This document shows, in pieces, positions 59,876-64,000 of a DNA stretch of 64,000 bases (positions are counted from its first letter, which is position 1; every line of letters begins with the position of its first letter). The stretch lies in assembly GCA_026770705.1 (NCBI GenBank), contig JANJGN010000016.1, positions 10,788,001 to 10,852,000 on the forward strand, written 5' to 3'. The notes beneath the pieces are model-generated. The model was not told the DNA's origin. It was given only the letters and a program-made list of their open reading frames with translations, and made no database searches. Made by a program: the position numbers and the translations under genes. The DNA comes from Isurus oxyrinchus. Its lineage: Eukaryota.

Positions 59876-62079
59876 TGCTGACACTGTACGTTCGTCGCAT
59901 GTTGTGATGAAACCCATGGACATTTTGTGGCACACAAGACAAAAGCCAATCAAAGGTGTCGATCTATCCAACAACTTGAAAGGTGTGACCATCAAATTTG
60001 TTTTTATTTTCCCAGGGTCCACGCCTGCTGTTTCATCCCGACAAGGGAGTTGGAAAATGCAGATAGAGGTCGTTCAGATGTTCATCTAACACGCTGGGAG
60101 ATTTGATGATCCACAGAGAATAATCCAACAATTTAAATTTTCGAACATCGCAGGGTGGGATTAGCCTGGGTGAGCAATAAACTTGCATATTCAGGCCCGG
60201 AGAGATTTTAACTCCCTGGACTCGTTTCGGTACTTAGGCTGGCCATAACTCCTGCCTGAACCTGACAGAAATCACTGTCCAGTCAGCGAGCTCGAGGAGT
60301 ATGGGCCACTGGAGGTCATTGCAGGCTCCCCGAGACAGCCAGGCAAATAGTGAAGGGGCATTTGGGGGATATTCGGGGTGGGTGGGGGGGGTGGGGGGGT
60401 GGGTGTGACAGTGCATGGGGTGTGGTCCAATCAGATGGGGAAGGAAGCAAGTGAAAACTTAACTCCACTGGGCCTCTTCTGGCCCTTGCTGAGTTTGCTT
60501 GCTTGGCTCCCCATGTGCACTGTGGGAACTGGATTAACAGACCCAAAATTCAATTCACTAAGGTACAGCCCCCAAACAGAGGGGACAATTATTCATCCAT
60601 CAGATCTAGTTTTGAGCCCAGTCCTGAAACAAAAGGCCTTTGTCTAACCCAGTGCTCTGAGTTGAGTATATTTTAATTGTAACCCAAACAGACTACAATT
60701 TTAGTTTTAGACAGACCAGGGTCTGGAATGTGCTACCTGACAGCATGTGGAGGCACATTCGATAAAGGTGTGTAAGAGAGGATTGGATAGCTAGATCAAA
60801 AGGGTATAGGGCTATGGGCAGAAGGTGGGGCGCGAGGTAAATTGCTCCCATGGAGAGCTGGCACAGAGACAATGGGCTGAAAGGCCTCCTTCTGTGCTGT
60901 AACCATTCTGTGATTCCTGCACAGACCTTGAGTTAGACTAGCACGTTGTGTTCCATTTATAAGTCATTGAAGCCCGAGCTGTGTTGTTAAAGGGGATCCG
61001 GCAGACTTGGGATGATTTATTGATCTATACAAAATTTAAAATTGGCCGAGACAGATGGGGCACTGCCCGCTGTCCCCGGGTCTCGTTTCTGCCCAAGTCG
61101 GGCAGAAAGTAAAAACCAGGAGAGTTAAAATTAGGGCCTTCTGTTCATGGCCAGCGCTTTACATTCACATGTACTTTCAAGTGATTGTCAGATATGTTTC
61201 ATTAGCCCTTTCGCACTGCACACGGGAAACTTAACTGGGGCAAAAACAGAATGCTCAAATTTCCTGCGTGACTGATACATTTTCAGACCGTATATCATAG
61301 TGTTTATGAGCCTTGGCAACACTGTACGGGCTGTTTCCTACTAACACCCTTCTAAAAATCGCAAACCCTCGTCATTGTCCCGTAATGCACCACCTGCAGA
61401 AAGGTTCAAACATAAACTCTTTCGATAAAGATTCACTAGTTGCCTCTGTATCATTTTCTCATTACTCCTTGGTTTGGTCTAGTTGGCTCCTCCACCATCT
61501 GCTCCCCTACGCCCCCCACCGCCCAGCCTTCCGTCACCTTGCCTTCTCTGGTCCACCACCACCTGCCGGCCTGACCATCACTCACCCGTTGCTGCTCGTT
61601 GTGCTCCTGCTGCCTCGCGGCCTGCCTTTCTCCACACCCGCCCCTCCCCTCCCCGCCGAGTGTCGCTTGCATGCCTCAGTGTTTCAATACTTCAAAGCTT
61701 CAGCATTCAGGCCTTTTAGCCTCTCAGGGCCTGTGACGCTCTTTCCTACAAAACCTTTCTTTCCAATTATTTATCCTCCATTAAACAGCTCAATGGATTC
61801 CCATCGCTGTAACGTCCTCCAGCAATACAATCTTTCGAGAATATCCTCCAATTGGCCTCTTGCACATTCTAGGTTTTCTTTGATCCACCATTTAGCTGCC
61901 TGGGCCCTCAGCTCTGTAATTCTGAGCCTAAAATTCTCCATTTCTCCTTCTTCCTTTAACTGTCCTTAAAATCCATCTCTTTGACCAACCTTTTGCCACC
62001 TGCCCTGTTACCTCCTTAAGTGTTTGTGTTAAATCTTTTGTCTGATTACACTTCCGTGATGCAACTGTATGTGAGTACA

Positions 62080-62470
62080 GGGGAGATGTTATCATTGTGG
62101 TAACATTACTATACTAGTAGGCCAGGATAATGTTCTTGGCCCATGGGTTCAAATCCCACAACAGCAACTGGTGGGATTTAAATTCAACTAATAAGTCTGG
62201 CATATAAAGCTAGTCTCATTAATGATGACCATGAGACTCTCATTGATTCTCACAAAAACCCATCTGGTTCACTGTGATGCCCTTTTGGGAAGGAAATCTG
62301 CCATCCTTACCTGGACTGACCTACATGTGACTCCAGATCTGCAGCAATGTGGTTGACTCTTAAATGCCCTTTGAAATAGCCTAGCAAGCCACTCAGTTCA
62401 AGGGCAATTAGGATGGGCAGAAAACACTGGCCTTGCCAGCGATGCCCAAGTCCCATCAAGGGATAAAGGA
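62080..62470 (+). mobile_element. Full tRNA-SINE with LINE-shared tail
   Basis: B box gggttcaaatccc; ggaaggaaatctgccatccttacctgg; aagggcaattaggatgggc. Confidence 0.88.
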
Positions 62471-63074
62471 AATATCTCTATAAATGCAAGTTGTTGTTGA
62501 TATCCGATGGCAGGAACTAATGCATGTGGTCTATATTGATATAAAGATTTTAAATTTTGTAACGCAAAATGCCTATTGGCCCATTTCAAGTTGTAGGTCA
62601 GCTTCTTGATGTGAGGTGTTGCATCGGAGTACAATTCAATTACTCCTCTGTTCCCTTCTATCCCGATCACTTGTATCAATAAGCAATGTTGCCAGATCAG
62701 TAAGTTGACAATTGTTTTGCCATTGTTTATATGGAGAATTCGTTGAGAAAGAAAATAAATCTCTTTTTTCGCATTAAACCAGCACTGTAAAATCAATAAG
62801 GGGTTGATGGTTGCAGGAATGCTGGAATGCTGAGGTAGAGCTGTTTTCACTAATGACTGTCAAAGAAAGAACTGCTGGAACTCTCTGTGACACAGCAAGG
62901 GAAGCTTAAGTGTTTCAAGCAGCTTCAATCAGTTCCAGTTTGTCTCTGACTGATTTCCATTAAAAGTTCAATCCTTGAAAATCACTGGAAACCTGATCTC
63001 CATAGTGAGAAACTAAGGTTGAGGCTCAAGGCCCATAGAACAGGATGCCATTGGAACCAGGGAGTCTTTTAGTA

Positions 63075-63520
63075 CCTAAGAAGGCCATTCAGCCCATTGC
63101 ACCTGTGACACCTCTTTGAAAGGCCTATTCAATAAGTTCCACTCTTCTGCTTTTGTGTCATAGCTCTACAAATTTCTTCTTTTCAAGTATATATAAAATT
63201 GCCTTTTGAAAGCTAATATTGAATCTGCTTCCATTATGCTTTCAGGCAACAACAGCACACTGTGTAAATAAATATTCCTCATTGACCCCCTGGATTTTAC
63301 ATCCATCATCTGGAATTGTTATCTTCTAGTTACTGACTATCCTGCCAGTGGAAACAATTCCTCCTTCTTTAACTCATCAACATCCCTCATGGTTTTAAAT
63401 AGCACTATTAAATCTTCTCTTAACCTCCTACATTGTAAGGAGTACAATCCCAGCTTGTCTGGTCTCTTCATGTAACTGAAGGCTCTCCTGCCTGATAAGT
63501 CTCCCCTGCATCCTCTCCAG
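63075..63520 (-). mobile_element. Old CR1 3' fragment
   Basis: aaggccattcagccc tail; ccctcatggttttaaatagcactattaaatcttctcttaacct. Confidence 0.7.
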
Positions 63521-64000
63521 GGCTGGTTTTCGTAGATGAGACCAAGCTAACAAAGTGTTTACAAGATCAGTATTGGGGCGGGGGTGGGGCGGGGGGGGGG
63601 GTGGGGGGGTGAAGGCACATGTTCGCAGCGGTTGCCATTTTAACTGCTGGGTTTTGGAACAACATTCGTGCTACCAATCGCAGATGGCAGGAGCCTCAAT
63701 CATATTGAGAATCCAGGGTTTGATATTGTCATTGAGACCCTGACACAATTTTAACTGTCGATCGCAGCAGCGACTCTCAGTGCCAGGCCATGCCCAGAGG
63801 CAGACTAGGTGGGTTTAAACTTTCCTCATTTCATTACCTTAGGCACCAGCTGGCTCCCTTTACTCTCCCTTAACCCAGCAGCTTTGAGTTTCCGTACGGG
63901 CTATTCCAAAACTGTGGGGCCAGAAATAACGGAGAGTCATTAATAGGGAATACAGGAGAAACTTTTTTACCCAGAGTGGTGAGAATGTGGGACTTGCTAC

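Noticed and set aside
61313-62850. 218-aa and 150-aa ORFs
   Set aside because: They overlap low-complexity, L2 or SINE sequence and show no domain signature.
1-64000. CRISPR array or prokaryotic system
   Set aside because: No repeat-spacer array or operon; the content is vertebrate transposon-rich DNA.

Overview
Repeat-dominated eukaryotic genomic DNA, most likely a large intron or intergenic region of a shark (inferred from HER1-type CR1 LINE tails, Deu-domain SINEs and elasmobranch-type tRNA-SINEs). There is no intact multi-exon host gene; nearly all listed ORFs are transposon remnants or chance ORFs. Contents: many truncated CR1 LINEs; a second CR1/L2-group LINE with a partner tRNA-SINE; L2 fragments; a 5.3-kb PIF/Harbinger element with perfect 14-bp TIRs and a decayed 3-exon Myb/SANT gene, plus two 1.2-kb derivatives and MITEs; putative solo LTRs; an 876-bp tandem duplication; and locally templated insertions. 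The most notable system is a set of palindromic Penelope-like retroelement insertions whose 3' ends both point outward. Three young copies (4364-4602, 30791-30997, 39515-41680) have perfect 14-16-bp TSDs and carry minimal type-I hammerhead ribozymes with a variant core (CUGUCGA). An older palindromic family (44122-44674) has a canonical-consensus hammerhead behind CCAAT/X-box/TATA motifs. In the large copy the two arms differ only at synonymous sites in the GIY-YIG ORF, suggesting two different RNA templates. A few repeat-free islands hold candidate splice sites, including a 30-nt minus-strand microexon. Boundaries of old repeats were estimated by eye (about +/-30 bp); TSD, TIR and ribozyme coordinates were counted exactly.
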